Assembly (NCBI GenBank): GCA_051362555.1
Contig: CM120643.1
Coordinates: 28,338,848-28,402,847, forward strand
Source of the DNA: Lingula anatina
Taxonomy: Eukaryota > Animalia > Brachiopoda
DNA length: 64,000 nucleotides
Reading direction: 5' to 3'
A model generated the notes under the pieces. It ran no database searches. It worked only from the letters and a program-made list of their open reading frames with translations, and was not told where the DNA came from. Of the stretch, positions 1 to 56,866 are shown piece after piece (position 1 is the stretch's first letter; every line of letters begins with the position of its first letter). Both the position numbers and the translations under genes were made by a program.

Positions 1-972
1 TCCTGCAGAAACCCCTGTTGGGCCTTGATAAAATGTTCATCAGACTGAGCCTGTATTAAAAAGAGAACTTACGTAACGGCTAGTCCAATCAATGATCCTC
101 TTTTGTAGAGGTATAACTGCACCTTACACGTACAATTTGTCAATAAATAACAGGGTTAGATATATTTTATTATACGCCGAATTATCAGTTTAAAACGTAA
201 TTTAACTGCTTTATTTACCTTTATGGGCATTGAAGTATGGAATACCATGCACTTTAAACCCGTCTCTTTGCTTTTTTACATAATTATTTATTTATAATGT
301 AATGATATAATATTTTTATATTATTGACGGCCATCTTGAATTTTGAAAATTGATCAGTGTTCCAGATGTAGCCACTGCCAAGAAAGCCCAAATTAAACTG
401 GCTTTTATACCCACCAAAGTACTAAATTATTTTAAAAATTACAGGGAATAACATTCTAAGTATTTGACTATGGGACCCGGGCAAGTAGCAAACAGACTCT
501 CGGGGGTATTGAAATGTCAGATAAGCTTATTCCGAGAGTCTAGGGTCATGACTAACAAAATATCATAATTAACATAAATATAAAAAGCGGATATGGTTTT
601 AATAAAACTAAATATGCAAAAAACGAACTGATGCCGCAGCTTTTATCAGTTTCTGCCTTATTTTTTGACGGCCATTTTGTTTCTTTGCTAGGTGGTACGC
701 GCATAAGCGTATTCACTAGTACTGTTGTGCTCTCCTGATAGGATACACGTTCAAAAAAGCTGTCAATAAAGTATATCCGGTGACTTCTTGTCGTTTTTCT
801 ATATTTCCTCATAAATTGACGGCCATATTGAAAAATGCTCATTGTCTCGGAAATAGCAACCAAGCTAATGTTGCTTCACACGGCCTGAAGAATGCATATC
901 AGCAAAAAAAGTTTACAGGAAGGAATATTGCAGGGTTCGACTATGAGGCCTTTGGGAGTGGCGACTCGACTA
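1..972. mobile_element. Right part of a non-autonomous DNA transposon, possibly Academ-like
   Basis: Repeated ttgacggccat(c/t/a)tt motifs and a terminus ...gggagtggcgactcgacta (TAG on the other strand); the other end is outside the window. Confidence 0.3.
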
Positions 973-1201
973 TAACTATTTGTTTACCCGCTTATCGATT
1001 CAACCCAATAATGCACTGAAACAAACTTCAGTGCAAGCGCACTATTACCTATTAGATGGGACGCAACGGAAAATCAAAACAGACAAGATAGGATTTTCAA
1101 AAACAAAGAAAAATGATGAAATATTTTAAAAAATTAAATACACAAGAAAAAAATAAGACTGTAAAAAAAGAAAAAAATTGAAAGCGTAAGCCATAGCTAC
1201 C

Positions 1202-1238
<37 letters not shown>

Positions 1239-2150
1239 AAAAAAGCAATCCACCCACAATCCACCCACCGCTGGTAAACCTGGCGTATATTTCTTACTAC
1301 TATTATGATTGTCAGACCATATCGCTATATCGACTTTCATGGATTATTTCGTATTTGCTCTGTTTGAGCTTACAGGGGGTATCAACAGGAAACCGAGAAA
1401 ACGATCACTTTTACCCTTTTACCCGCGTCTTCGGTGAACTCAGCACCCCCCCCCCCCCCCAAAATAAAAAAAAATAAAATAAATAAAAATAAAAATAAAT
1501 AAAAATAATAATAATGCCTTGTTGACAGCTGTAGTAACTGTTCATTAGACGACCTAAACATTGCTGAATATCTTACATGTCCCTGGAAGTGATGAAATCT
1601 GGAGAGATCCGGCAAAAATTCAAATCTCGAATCTTAAAACAAAGCAATAATTTTACACATTTAATTTATGGTTTCAAGTCCCGTTAGTCGCTGTAAGCAT
1701 ACTGCTTATTTTTAGGTATTCTAATTTCACACTTATCTGTATTATCAAAAATCTTGTTGGTCCTCCGGCTTCATAAGCGGTCGGATGTCTGCATTTGATG
1801 TAGCTTATTCAGCTATCTTCACGCTCGGCTGTCACCTTGATTGGATAGTAAACGGTTATCGTAAAATCGCTAAATGATATTAAAACCGGGTGCATAAACT
1901 TGAAAACCACCTAGGACAACCTTAGACTGCCACATCAATCCAACACAATGCAAAAATAAACTATAACAAGTGGTTAAAGCCTTCAAACCGAATGTCGTAA
2001 AGTCCCCATATACCTCCATAGAGACAATAAAATAGAAAGAGCTTGTGAAACAAGAAGCCACAATTTTAAACATAATAATCGAAATAAAATACTGCCGGGC
2101 ATCGGAGCGGCCTAAAACTTGGCACGCTTACCGCAAATACTGCAGGCTAC

Positions 2151-2413
2151 ATCATCCCGTCGCTCGTTTGTAAATTCTGTGCATGGCATACGCACAATCA
2201 AACCTTAAATCAAAATTCCACCTCTGATGTTTATATCGGTCCTCTCTAACCTACCATTACGAAAAAGAAGCTATGCCATTGGACAATGCGACCTCTGCGT
2301 TTACGTCATTTCCTGAATTGGATTGTAGAGAGGACCGATATAAACATCAGAGGTGGAATTTTGATTTACGGTTTGATTGATGCACGAAATTAACAAACGA
2401 GCGACGGGATGAT
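2151..2413. repeat. Foldback (long inverted repeat), probable MITE
   Basis: atcatcccgtcgctcgtttg...aaaattccacctctgatgtttatatcggtcctctct pairs with agagaggaccgatataaacatcagaggtggaatttt...caaacgagcgacgggatgat. Confidence 0.8.
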
Positions 2414-2878
2414 CTTATAGGTGCATCCTCTATCAATGGCGCACACTGATTTTTCATTAGATGCATTCAAAGTTATGTATCTGGTTAATTGTGTACTTTG
2501 GTGTAAGTTGATGCATTAGATACAAAAAGTGCTATTCTATTTGACCCAGCTGATGTCTTGCATTTAGTAGCAGTAAACAGTTTACCCGCTTTAATTAAAT
2601 ATACCGACTTATATCAGCCCTTTCATTATTTAATAATATCGCATTTTATGTGACAATTCGTGTAAGGGGACGATGTGGTGACATGGGTTAAATATAAAGT
2701 TAGAAGTAGGAGTTAAACACGTGAAGAAATATGTGAGCTAACGCCACTTTCAATTTTTTTTTTTTTTAATTTATTTTTTTTTTACAGCGACTTGTGGGGC
2801 AAACGCCGTTTGCGTAAATAAACTTTACATGGAACAGCCTGAATACAATGGTGATTGTGATGCAGTTTATGAACTTTA

Positions 2879-3195
2879 TTACCTCCGCCAAGGAGGTAAT
2901 GTTTTCACCCCTGTTTGTTTGTTTGTTTGTTTGTTTGTTTGTTTCTTCGTTTGTTTGTTTGTCTGTCTGTCTGTCATCAACATAACTCAAAAAAGTTATG
3001 GACAGATTTTGATGAAATTTTCAGGAACTGTCAGAAGTGGACCAAGGAACAGATGATTAGTTTTTGGTGGTGATCTGGATCAATAATCAATCAATAATCA
3101 AGAATCAAAAATATGGAAAATTAAGGGGTGAAACGGCATTGGGTGGAGACTTTGCTGCCTTTGCGGAGGTCTGCGCTGTCGGAGTGCTTTTCTTT
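2879..3195 (+). mobile_element. Non-autonomous Helentron/HINE (DINE-1-like) element
   Basis: 5' ttacctccgccaaggagg, (GTTT)n/(GTCT)n microsatellite, 3' sub-terminal inverted copy ctttgcggaggt and stem-loop gcgctgtcggagtgc. It sits in a T-run without TSD; the empty site is near 60737. Confidence 0.75.
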
Positions 3196-4827
3196 TTGTG
3201 AATGCGAAGCCGGTTACGATGGGGACGGGTTTCTCTGCACCTGAAAGTGTAATGAAGTCCTTGGATTATTAAAAATCACAACTGTGTAAAAAAATTATTA
3301 GAACTCAGAGTCCTGTTCCACAGAAGTGCTAAATTAGTTTTCGGGATAACATTTTTGACCACTTATGTTAAGACGACTAAAGTATGCTTTTTTATCATAA
3401 ATCTAAGTTTATATATGTAAATCGAAACCCACAGGTGAAAAAAAAAATTAGCTGGGCTTTGAAACAAAGAGTACATCCGCCTTTATACAAGTTTAATAAC
3501 ATTCTTTAACATCTTTTGTGTCACCCTTCTGATTTTGCCTGCTATTTGAAGAAAACAACAGGCAAACAGTTATACGTGAGTGGCAAATCTCCAAAGTGTG
3601 CCTTATTTACAGGTAAGAAGTTTAATGCCCCCTTTATACACAGATCTAAATTATATATCATTTGAAAGCCCAGAGTCTCCTGGTCAAAGTCAGCCATGAT
3701 GTGGAAATGACAAATGCCTACAAAATAAACCCACTACTCCAGATGGCCGCTGTTTTCAAGATGACCGCCATTGTTGATGAAAAAATTTCTCAAATTTACT
3801 CTTTTTATTCCAATCTTTACATATAAAATCAAAAATGTTATGTCCAAATAATTATTAGTACATGGATTATACAAAATGGACATAACTTTGGCATTTGGTT
3901 AGATTTGGGTAGTGTTTAAATTAATTTTTGAATATTCAACATGGCCGCCCTGAAATGCAAGTTTCCAGGAAGTGGGCTTTGGTTCACTTAAATTATCAAA
4001 TATTTTTTTTTTACAAGCTCACACATATTTGTGATAGATTCCGATGCTACAAGAAGCCTCATAGAACTTCTTCAAAATGGTCACCATTTTAAGATGGCGT
4101 CCATTTTCCTGTTAAAATTCAATTACCTGTAGGTAACTTTGCCTAAATGCAAGGTTTATACATATGAGAATAAAATATCCCATTTACATAAAAAACAAAC
4201 AAAAAACTCTTAAATGTATAGTTGGAATTAAGCTTTACATTGAGATTAACTTTGAGATGTATTGATTTATTGATGTCTCAATAAGATAAATGCAAATTAT
4301 TTGACATTACCTTATTCAAGCATTCCATGCTGGCGACATCAATAGTCAAATTCACACAAGTTTCATGCTAGAAAACACCACGTGACAAATTATTTTGCTC
4401 TTCTTGCACTGGCTTAAAGAATGTTGTGTTTCCAAAATTGAAAAAATAAATAAATAAAAATATAAAACAGTAAAATCTAAATATCTGCTAGATCCAATAT
4501 GGCCGACAACATTAAACCATCATTATTACATTTAGTATTGCATTAATGCATTAATGGGTTATATATGTAGATAATGTAGATATGATTATTATTTTAGAGA
4601 TTTTGGTACTTTCTCATTAAATAAAGGGATTTTCTATAATACGATTTAAGTGGAAATAAATATTAAGTTTCAAGTAAGAAGAAAAATGGTAACGCACAAC
4701 TCGTCTATAACACGTCGTGTTTATATTTATAATTTTGCCATTTCCTGAAATCCTCTTATGTATATCATATCCCATAATAACAAGTTGTTGTCAGAAAGAT
4801 GTTATGAAATGATTAGTGCTTATATAA

Positions 4828-48101
<43,274 letters not shown>

Positions 48102-48345
48102 GAACATATTACCAAATCATAATAAGGGTCCACCTGGACAATATAGCAACACGTTCTTTTCCTCTTGCACTGCCTTGAAGTTTTCAAAGTATCTTAGTTA
48201 CAAAACCATAAATGCCTGTATGTTAAACGTGATTAATCCAGAGTTAAATGTACCATGAACATTAACACTCTGGCATGTATAATCTTGCCTCTTATCACTG
48301 CTTTACCCCTACTAAATACCTGTTTATATGCATCTCTTTATTTTT

Positions 48346-48351
48346 AATAAA
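48346..48351 (+). promoter_or_regulatory. Candidate polyadenylation signal of the SRCR gene
   Basis: AATAAA about 245 nt after the stop codon; the AT-rich context makes this weak evidence. Confidence 0.4.
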
Positions 48352-49319
48352 TACAAAGTTAGAAAAATAACACTTCTCCCTACAGTGTATTCAATTATTT
48401 CACTTTTAGACATACTGTGGAGCTCATTACACACTTTTTTTTCTGTCATAGTTACCGTGTTGTGTGCAACTTTTGAAATTATGGATATGCATGGTTTCAC
48501 AAGATGGCCGCCAAATCCAATAGAGGAATATAATTACCATTAATTTTTTCCCGTAATACATTTTTTCACTTCTGGGCCACAGTCGGGGTAAAGAAGTGGG
48601 CAAGTATGAGGCAAGGTGATACAATCCACTAACCAGAAATATCACTCTAATGCAAATAAACACGTCAGTACCCAATGCTTGCGCTTTTATTCAGCTTCTT
48701 GAAGTATTTGTTTCATTAAATTTTAACAATTGTGCAACTAATGAATATTTAAGGTTTCAGTTGCATTGTTCACTACCAACTCACCCACCCAATGGTAGCC
48801 AATACACACGATACAACATAACTGCTATTCGATGAGCCCTGTCCACCTGTGGCAGATAATTTGGAAAAAAAGCTTCGCATCAACTTTCCTCCAAACCTTT
48901 ACGTGCCCATCACTTCTGCCATTTCATTGTTAAGTCGTTGACTGCCTGGTGTCCGCTCGGGAAATCTGATATACCATCATAATCGTTGAAGACGGACCAC
49001 TGCGGTGATCGTTGTTCTTCTAACGTCACTCCTGCCTAAATAACTGTGGTTGTTCAGGTGTCTACCACTGGAAAAACATAGACGCTTTTTGCTGTCAAGT
49101 TGCTTAATATCATAAAACGTTCTACATGAGTAAGGGGTATGATCATTATCTCATCTCGTGGCTGTGGCCCCATATCGTCCTAGTATTAAGTTTGTGTATA
49201 TTTTCTCCGTGTGCCATTTGAAGATTAGACGGTGATTACAACGACATAAAATACAATAGAGGGAGTGTGATAATGATAGGGTCGCTAAACGATTGCTGAC
49301 GGAATATATATAGTGAATA

Positions 49320-49603
49320 CCCGCACAAAAACGAAGTAGATACTCCAGCGCAGTAGACTACTGCAATCATACTGCAAACATGCTTCAAATCTGCTTCGAT
49401 GTGGGAGCTAATTAGCATATTTGAAACATGCTTCTATCATGCTGCTAATCTACTGCATTAATGCTCCTCCTCTGTACAACCCTATGTAATTTTTGAAGTA
49501 GAATTGCAGTAGGCTATACTGCATTTCTACTGCAAATATGCTCCACACCACTACTGCGTTAATGCTTCTTTGCTACTTCGATACTACTGCATTTTCGTGC
49601 GGG
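49320..49603. mobile_element. MITE with CCCGCAC TIRs and TA TSD
   Basis: ta|cccgcacaaaaacgaagtag ... ctactgcattttcgtgcggg|ta; the empty site is visible in the paralogous repeat near 37441. Confidence 0.8.
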
Positions 49604-49794
49604 TATCTTAATCCCCTGGTCGCCTGGGTAGGCAAGCCTCCTTAGAGTACTCATGTAAACAAACAGTCTCCCGTAGCGAACCATCCTTTTGTTCAACAGC
49701 TTCGAGCGCGTCAAATTATATCTTTAGTGACACTAGCTAAATGCAGTTAAAATTGTGCCAGCTCTTATTTGATTTAATTCTGCTGTGTCAGACC

Positions 49795-49890
49795 AGCCCA
49801 GAGTGGCTTAACCAGCATAGCATGGATTCAACAGGGTGGACTGGCCTCCCCAATCACCAGACGCAAACCCCATTGAAAACCTGCCTAACC
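49795..49890 (+). pseudogene. Tc1/mariner transposase fragment
   Basis: Reads VDWPPQSPDANPIENL, the Tc1 SPDLNPIE motif. Confidence 0.6.
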
Positions 49891-52800
49891 GATAGCACCA
49901 CCGGAGAAAAGTGCAGCATAGGTTTACTCACCACAACGCAAGTGATGAACACCATTGCTACGGTGGTCACGGAGGAGACGGGTGAATTTAAAGGCACCAG
50001 TAAACTATGTGAAGTACTTCGCTTCAGTGGTATAAACCATAGGCTCACACTGCAACAAATTTGCAAGAAATGTTAGTTACACTTTCCAGAAAGCTGGTAA
50101 GTATCTTATACGGTTATTTACAAATGTATTGTCGAGACAGGCAACAAGACGGGAATGTTGACGGGTTGGAATAAACTTTATTCTTGCTTTCTAACATCCA
50201 ATCAACCATGGCGGGTTGAAAACAACCGTGAAACTAAAAGGAAACAAATAACAAAATAAATAAATGAATTTATGACAACTATTAGAAACCAGTTAAAATA
50301 CCTGTAGTATATCTCAAATGTTCACAATATCTTATCAAACAACTTTATTATACTTTCTTCTCTATTGTCACACTCTAGTAATCCATTAGCTAAGGTTTTG
50401 CATGCCTGCAGATAGCACCATGATATTTTAGACATCCTTTAACTAAATACGAATGCGAGTTTTGCCTGCACGCACACATACATGAACCCACACTATCATA
50501 AAAATAGAGTACATTAAACCTTTCCCTGTGCATAATATCTACATGACTGCAATTCACAATAACTATTGCATCAGCACTAAGTTCAATTGTTCCTATAATA
50601 TAGCCTTTGGCAGCTTGATAAATACCAAATACTTAAAATACACACTTGTCTTTCTTCCAGATTAATCGTATACAACGTTATAGATTAGCATATTACTTCT
50701 TGGTTTAAACATAACATTGAGATTAAACACATTTTAACTTACTTGCCACGGATACATTTTACACCCATTTACCTTCTAACAATTACTAAACTTGGGAACC
50801 CTGCACTACTAATAACTTAATAACATGAATTCAGTAAAACATTAACATCTAGTAACCCAAGTGTAGACATAAACTTACCATTGACTCCCTTAAGGTCTCC
50901 AACTAATAAGTTCTGCTTGTCTATAACTTTCAAAATCTGGACCTTCCTGTCTCTTAAGTTCAAAAATGTCTGCCTAACACTGCATGGTGAAGGGCAGAAA
51001 CCACTAAATCAGCCTATCAGCGCCTGTTATAGACGAATGTAGTTCAGTGAGAGAAAATTAGTGCTTTTTTCCATTTTTTCCTGGCATTTCTTGTGTGTTG
51101 CTAGGGTTAATTTTGGTATCAACTAGCAGGCTAGGATGTATACTACTGGCTGTTTTTTTTTTCAGGACCAGGCTCAGGAGCGGTGCAGTCGTGAGATCTC
51201 TGGCGGAGGGGGCTACTGACTGTGAGTGGTGCAGTGGTTTGTTTACAAACAGAGGGGTGAACATGTTCAAGTGATGCCGGTAAGCAAGAAAGTCTGATGA
51301 CAGTATATTTTTTGCCACTGGGAGTTAGTCAGTGTGTCTTATGTCCATGGGGATGGGAAATGTTTCACAGAGTAATTTTGTTCATGCAGTATTGCAGGCA
51401 TTTCTTAGTATGGTCGTCAATGGGAAATTATTTGGTGGTTTCTGCCCTGAATAAAAGCTAGCAGGCCACGTGACTACATCTCACCTATATATGGATTGTG
51501 CTAGTTGTGCTGCTGGCGCATTTTTGCACCTACATGTAAGTTTGTTCCTTGTCATCACGTATTTAATGTTGAATGCAATTGCATAATTTGTCAACTTCAT
51601 CTGAACAATTGGAGCATCAGCCATAATGATGTTTCAAGCAAGTTTTCTCGGTTCTCCGTGTACACGTAAGCCAAGTCCGGGCTGACATAATGTATACACA
51701 TTGAGACGGTCACCTGACGAGTAGGGGATTTTGCTCTATTAAATGTTTTATGATCTATATTAACATTTTACATAAAAGAAGCCTGCTATTTCAATGTATC
51801 GAACTACTGTGTGTAACTAAAATATATCCAGTTTTTGCCTTTAACATTTTGTTAGTTTAATTAACAAATACAGTTTTGAAAATATGATGATCTAATTTTA
51901 AAAAAGGAATTTGTACATCATACAAAATAACAGACAGTTTGGCTTCATTACCTGGGACAAAGTTAGAAAGCTCGTTAACAAACACATTTTCCATTAGGCT
52001 TGCTGGCGTCCATTATCGTTCATAGCAGTAGGGCTCTATAAACACACAGGTGTTTGCAGGAAATTTGCAGAAAAAAACTTATTTACATATAAGATAAGGG
52101 GCAGTTTGCAAGAAAGATTATGTTTTCTGTCGTGGTTGCAGCAAAATTGAAAGGATATGAAAAAAAGAAAGCTTACAGTTTGCAAAAAGCTTTCAAGTAA
52201 CAGACTGTTTGAACGGCCTTTTTTAACAATCAATGCTACTGTTTTTTTTAAGGAATCAAACTACTCAATATAATAACCGCCTTATCAAATCATTTCCATC
52301 ATCATTTTGACACACTGTAAGTTATAAATGCATCATGTGTTTGATAAAATGATGACCCAATTTTAAAGGTACTGTGTATATATATCAAAATAACAAATTG
52401 CTTTTCTTCACTGCCTGGGTCAGAGTTAGAGAGATGGTATACAAACGCATTTCCATTAGTCTTACTGGTTGTTTTATATTTCCGTAAGCACTATACAGGT
52501 ATCAATAACTGTTTCAAGCGGTAGGGCTGTATCAATATACATTTGACCTAAATTATTGTTAGAGAGGTTGTGAACAAATTCAATTTCCATTAGTCTTACT
52601 GGGTGTTTCATATTTTCCTAAGCGTTATATATACTGGTACATGTGTATCCATTACCGTTTAAAACAATAGGGCTTCCTCAATGCACAATTGAAATGGGCA
52701 AAATGATCAAACATGCTTAAAATATGCTAAAAAATACACAATAATGCTTAGGAGACGTAGTCTGTATGTTAATTTCCGATGTTAATTCAACACTCCTCAT

Positions 52801-53828
52801 GTCAGCAGTTTATACACACATACACATATAAGGACATCTATACCAACAACTTGTCGTTCAAGAGGAACGTAAAATCTTTGTTCTCAATTATTCTCTTAAA
52901 CTCATTGGAGGATAGTGGTCATACGTCTTAAATTCATTTCTATTCAAGCTAGATATTCCTCACAAAGCTTTCAGCTTTCGGTCACATCCTGGACATCCTC
53001 AGTGTATGCTGTTACAAAGTAGCAAACTTCAATGCTGAGTAGAACATGGAATATTTTGTGTTCAATATTGCTAAAGAGCAAGGTTGGATTTTCATCAGAA
53101 TATCGGAGGTTCATGATCGAAAAGAGGGGACGGGGCATTAATGTCCTCGCAACGTGGTCAAATGTTCAGTGATGTTAAAACTGCAGATGTTCATGAAGCC
53201 AAATGAATTATTGATGTTTCATGATGAAAGAAAAATGATCGAAATGTTTAAATGGGCCTTTGGTAATGGGGTATTAATAAACCGATATATTCAGATGAGA
53301 ACGACAGTCATTGGTTGGTTTGTCATCTGTCACGTGTGTCACCACAAACGTCGAGACACTTACTGGCAGTGTATCAAGTAAAACATATTTGCTGACAAGT
53401 TTCACTCCGATCAAACTGCAGTGTAAACGAGGTAAGATTTATCTTGATGGAAATTAATTTCATCATTACGAGACCTCACTTAATTTATGATGAAGATGAT
53501 ACCTGCTGCATTATATGTATTACTGTGTATATATGACATGTATTACCTACCTATCGTGATGAACCTTAACGTACATGTTACCTTACACTATGTTTAAACT
53601 TGTCACACAGGGCATACAACTATCATTGCCATTTGAACATTATTCAATAAATTGGTTCCGCATCCAAGGCATGCAACTTGTTTACTAGTGATTTCCTTAG
53701 CTAGGTATACCAATGGTTATGTGAAAATTGCCACCGTGAAATTTACAGAGGCGAATACATGAAATTTTAAAGAAATTTTCCATCATTTTGAGCCATAGCT
53801 CCATCATTTTGTACCCATAGAGATCGCT

Positions 53829-54005
53829 CTAACAAGATTGATCCATCTCCGAGGGGTTTCTCGGTAAATTGCTATCAGCTTAAACGGCATAGATGTCTGG
53901 CACTTTTACTGAAGCTGCTAAACGATAATTTATTACCCTCTAGCGGATTCAGTTGATTGCAATTTAGCGAGAATCCCCTCGGAGATAGATTGATCCACTG
54001 TTAGT
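53829..54005. repeat. Imperfect palindrome (foldback MITE-like)
   Basis: atctccgaggggtttctcggtaaattgc pairs with gcaatttagcgagaatcccctcggagat. Confidence 0.65.
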
Positions 54006-54178
54006 ACGGTAGGGTCTGGGAATGGTCCCTAAAGCCTCGGTCACACGAATTTTAGGATCGTACGTCCCCTACGAATTTTGGGTGCAGCAGAGGCCGTGGA
54101 GTTCGCAGAGGTAGAGAAAAGTCTGTCCTGCGAGTCGCAAGGGCCGCGTAAGATGTCCTTTCAAGCAGGGGCGCTAAT

Positions 54179-56866
54179 GGGGAATAACAGCTTTGAGGAT
54201 CTGCCGCTAGATGACGTGGGGGTGAAAGCAGTCCTTCTAAAATCTCGCAGAATCTCGCTCACGGCTTTACACCACAGTTTAACATGGAGCGTGTGCACGC
54301 GTCGCTGACAGTGAACCAACTCAAACGCAATTTACTTGAATGTGGTGCCATAACATCTGGATGAAAATGTGAATTGACTGAAAGGTATGTGTTTTCTTTT
54401 CATTTAGTGCTTGAAAAACACGAATGCTAACTATTTTCCTTGATATAATCAAAGATTAGTCGAGGTGTGTGTGTCAAATCTGACATGTTATGTACATGTA
54501 GACTACTGTAGGTACGAGTAGGCCTACGCTCATATTTTTTTTTAGTAGCACGAAAGACGAAGATTTTTAATACTTAGTAAATGTACTTATTTATTTTCTT
54601 TATAAGGTAACCCAAAGAAGGCCCATATATTGGGGGGCAAAGCCTGAAACTGTCGATTTCAGGACCCCAGGACAGCCAACTTCAAGAGCAGGATAAAATG
54701 ATTACTTCAGGAATCTTACCTATCACTTCACATCAGCGGCAAAGATTGATGTAGCCACCAGTTATGCCTACCCTAAAGCTGACTTACAGGCGGCTGTGAT
54801 GGACAACAACTATTGCCAAGTGCCATGAAAAGAATAAAGCATGGATAGAGGGAATGATGTAAGTGAAAACAGAGGTCTAATATTAAGAATCAGGCCCAAA
54901 TATGATAAAGAATTATCAAACTAGGTGATGTGTGTAGAATTATAATATTGTATCTAAACTATTTAATGCTGTAACCATCTACCATGTTTTAATGGGATAT
55001 GAATATTTCAGGTTGAGGAACAAACAGCGAAGGACACTGAGCATAGCAAGTTATAACAAGGAAAGAGCGCAATCTGACACAAGGAGAGACAATGGGGGAT
55101 CACTGCTTCCAGATTTGGAGAGATAATGGCAGCTACAGAGAAGACGTATATGAACAAACTGTATGAATCGTTGTGTCCAAAACCATTGCAGACACATGAC
55201 AGTTGGACCCGGACCTGATTTCCCCTTTTTGGAATGTGTATCTCGTGCACGCATCTGGGCCTAAAGAAAACCCGCAAATACTATATTCAGTTAGAAGGCC
55301 AGATGTTCATTACAAATCGCCCATTCTGCTATTTTGTTGTGTTTACATTCAAAGATCTGTTTGTGGGGTTGATTCATTCTGACACTGGATATTTTTCTAC
55401 ATGTATTTTGCCCAGGATAACTTTATTTAATGAAAAACACTATAGGAAGTATGTGCCAGCTAGTTTATAGAAAGTACCCCTGTATGAGATGGTTTTAGCT
55501 GCAATCACAATTTTGAAGTGCCATTAAAAAAAAAGTTTTAACTAAAATGAAATAATTTGGTGGTGCTATATTCTTTACAAAAAGTACTAATGTGTTTATG
55601 CTGTTTTTAATCATATTTAATTGTAATGAAAAAAAATCCTATGATGCTATTTTGTAAAGTATTTTTAGTGGGATGAAATAATTTGATAGTTGTATTTACA
55701 GCAAATAATTTGGTTTTTCTGCTTTTTAAAGAATTTTCAAAGTGATGACATAATGTGGTGGTTCTATTCAAGTAAAATAATTCATAAGTACTATTTTGTA
55801 AAAAGGAACAAAAAACTGTTTATTTGTAAAATGTTTGCTTTCTTTGATTTTTATTTCTTAAACTGTTACAAAAAGTTTTCCATACATACAGTAATCCATT
55901 GGCTGAGAAATTGCAGCTATGTATTCAGGAAAGTTATTGCACAAATAAATTATATAAGTATTACATGGTTTCATGGTTTTTACTATGGACTGAATAATTA
56001 TTTTTTTTAAATAAAATATTTGGTTTTGCTGCTTTTTAATGAATTTTCAGAGCGATGAAATAATATGGTGTTTCTACTCAAGTAAAACAATTCAGAAGTG
56101 CTATTTTGTAAAAAAAAAAAGAACAAAAAACTGTTCATTTATAAAATGTTTTCTTTCTTTAAATTTTATTTCTTAAACTGTTACAAAAAGATTTCCAAAC
56201 CTGCATTATTCCGTTGGCTGAGAAATTGCATCTATACATGTACAAATAAATTATCTAACTATACCTAGTTTCATGATTCTTACGATGGACTGAATAATTA
56301 TTTTAAATAAAAATAATTATTTAATTAACATTACCAGTCATGCTCAATACATCAATAAAAAAGGTTATTACTTAATAACACAACCTTATGCGGGTAGTAG
56401 GCTTCCGGCACTTATGTATATTTACTGACAACTCTTCTGAAATTGCGGACATAACAAAACGCACTTTGATAAATCATACTTCCTAGGGACACTTTCTTGC
56501 TATGGAGCCCTCTTTCCAAAACTTCATCAGTTTTGCCAAGATCAATTAACCTTTCTACGTGTATTCTTTTTGAGGCAACTCGTCTATCTTTAGGGGCCTG
56601 ATTACTGTGCCTGGGTCAAGTTGTAACTGTCCCTTTAACATGGAAGGTGTGTTGACATGGGCAACCCTTCACTTCAAACGAAGCCCTGAATCCTCAGGAA
56701 AATTATGCCCACCTTGTCGACTTTAATATTCAGGTACACAACAATACTGAGGCATGTTTATTAAGGCCAGTGCCACAGTCCAACGTATATTATTTCCAAA
56801 ATGGCGACTGGGGAAGGACTGAATTCACACTAGCGACACCTGGCGCCAAGCGGGCTGGTATACCTC
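54179..56866. mobile_element. ISL2EU-like DNA transposon, internally deleted (SAP/YqaJ gene on +, THAP-DDE transposase on -)
   Basis: TIR ggggaataacagc / gctggtatacctc with AT flanks. SAP-like LTVNQLKRNLLECGAITSG*KCELTER at about 54306; YqaJ-like KYYIQLEGQMFITNRPFCYFVVFT at 55234-55470; minus strand MPQYCCVP at 56756 and VASKRIHVERLI at about 56550. Confidence 0.75.
55700..56312 (+). repeat. Two-copy ~310 bp tandem duplication
   Basis: tttggtttt.ctgctttttaa...tggactgaataattatttt occurs twice in succession. Confidence 0.8.

Larger units (their letters stand above)
1521..3270 (+). repeat. Non-coding segment paralogous to 59963-60813 (direct orientation)
   Basis: Colinear match, e.g. gaaatctggagagatc.ggcaaa..ttcaaatct.gaatcttaaaacaaagcaataa through ggttacgatgggga; this copy carries extra insertions. 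Confidence 0.85.

Noticed and set aside
48870-48930. Minus-strand DGHVKVWRK, resembling a Tc1 transposase segment
   Set aside because: Too short, and no element ends could be defined
50120-51700. Possible LTR or retroelement remnant
   Set aside because: No second LTR, TSD or recognisable coding motif found by eye
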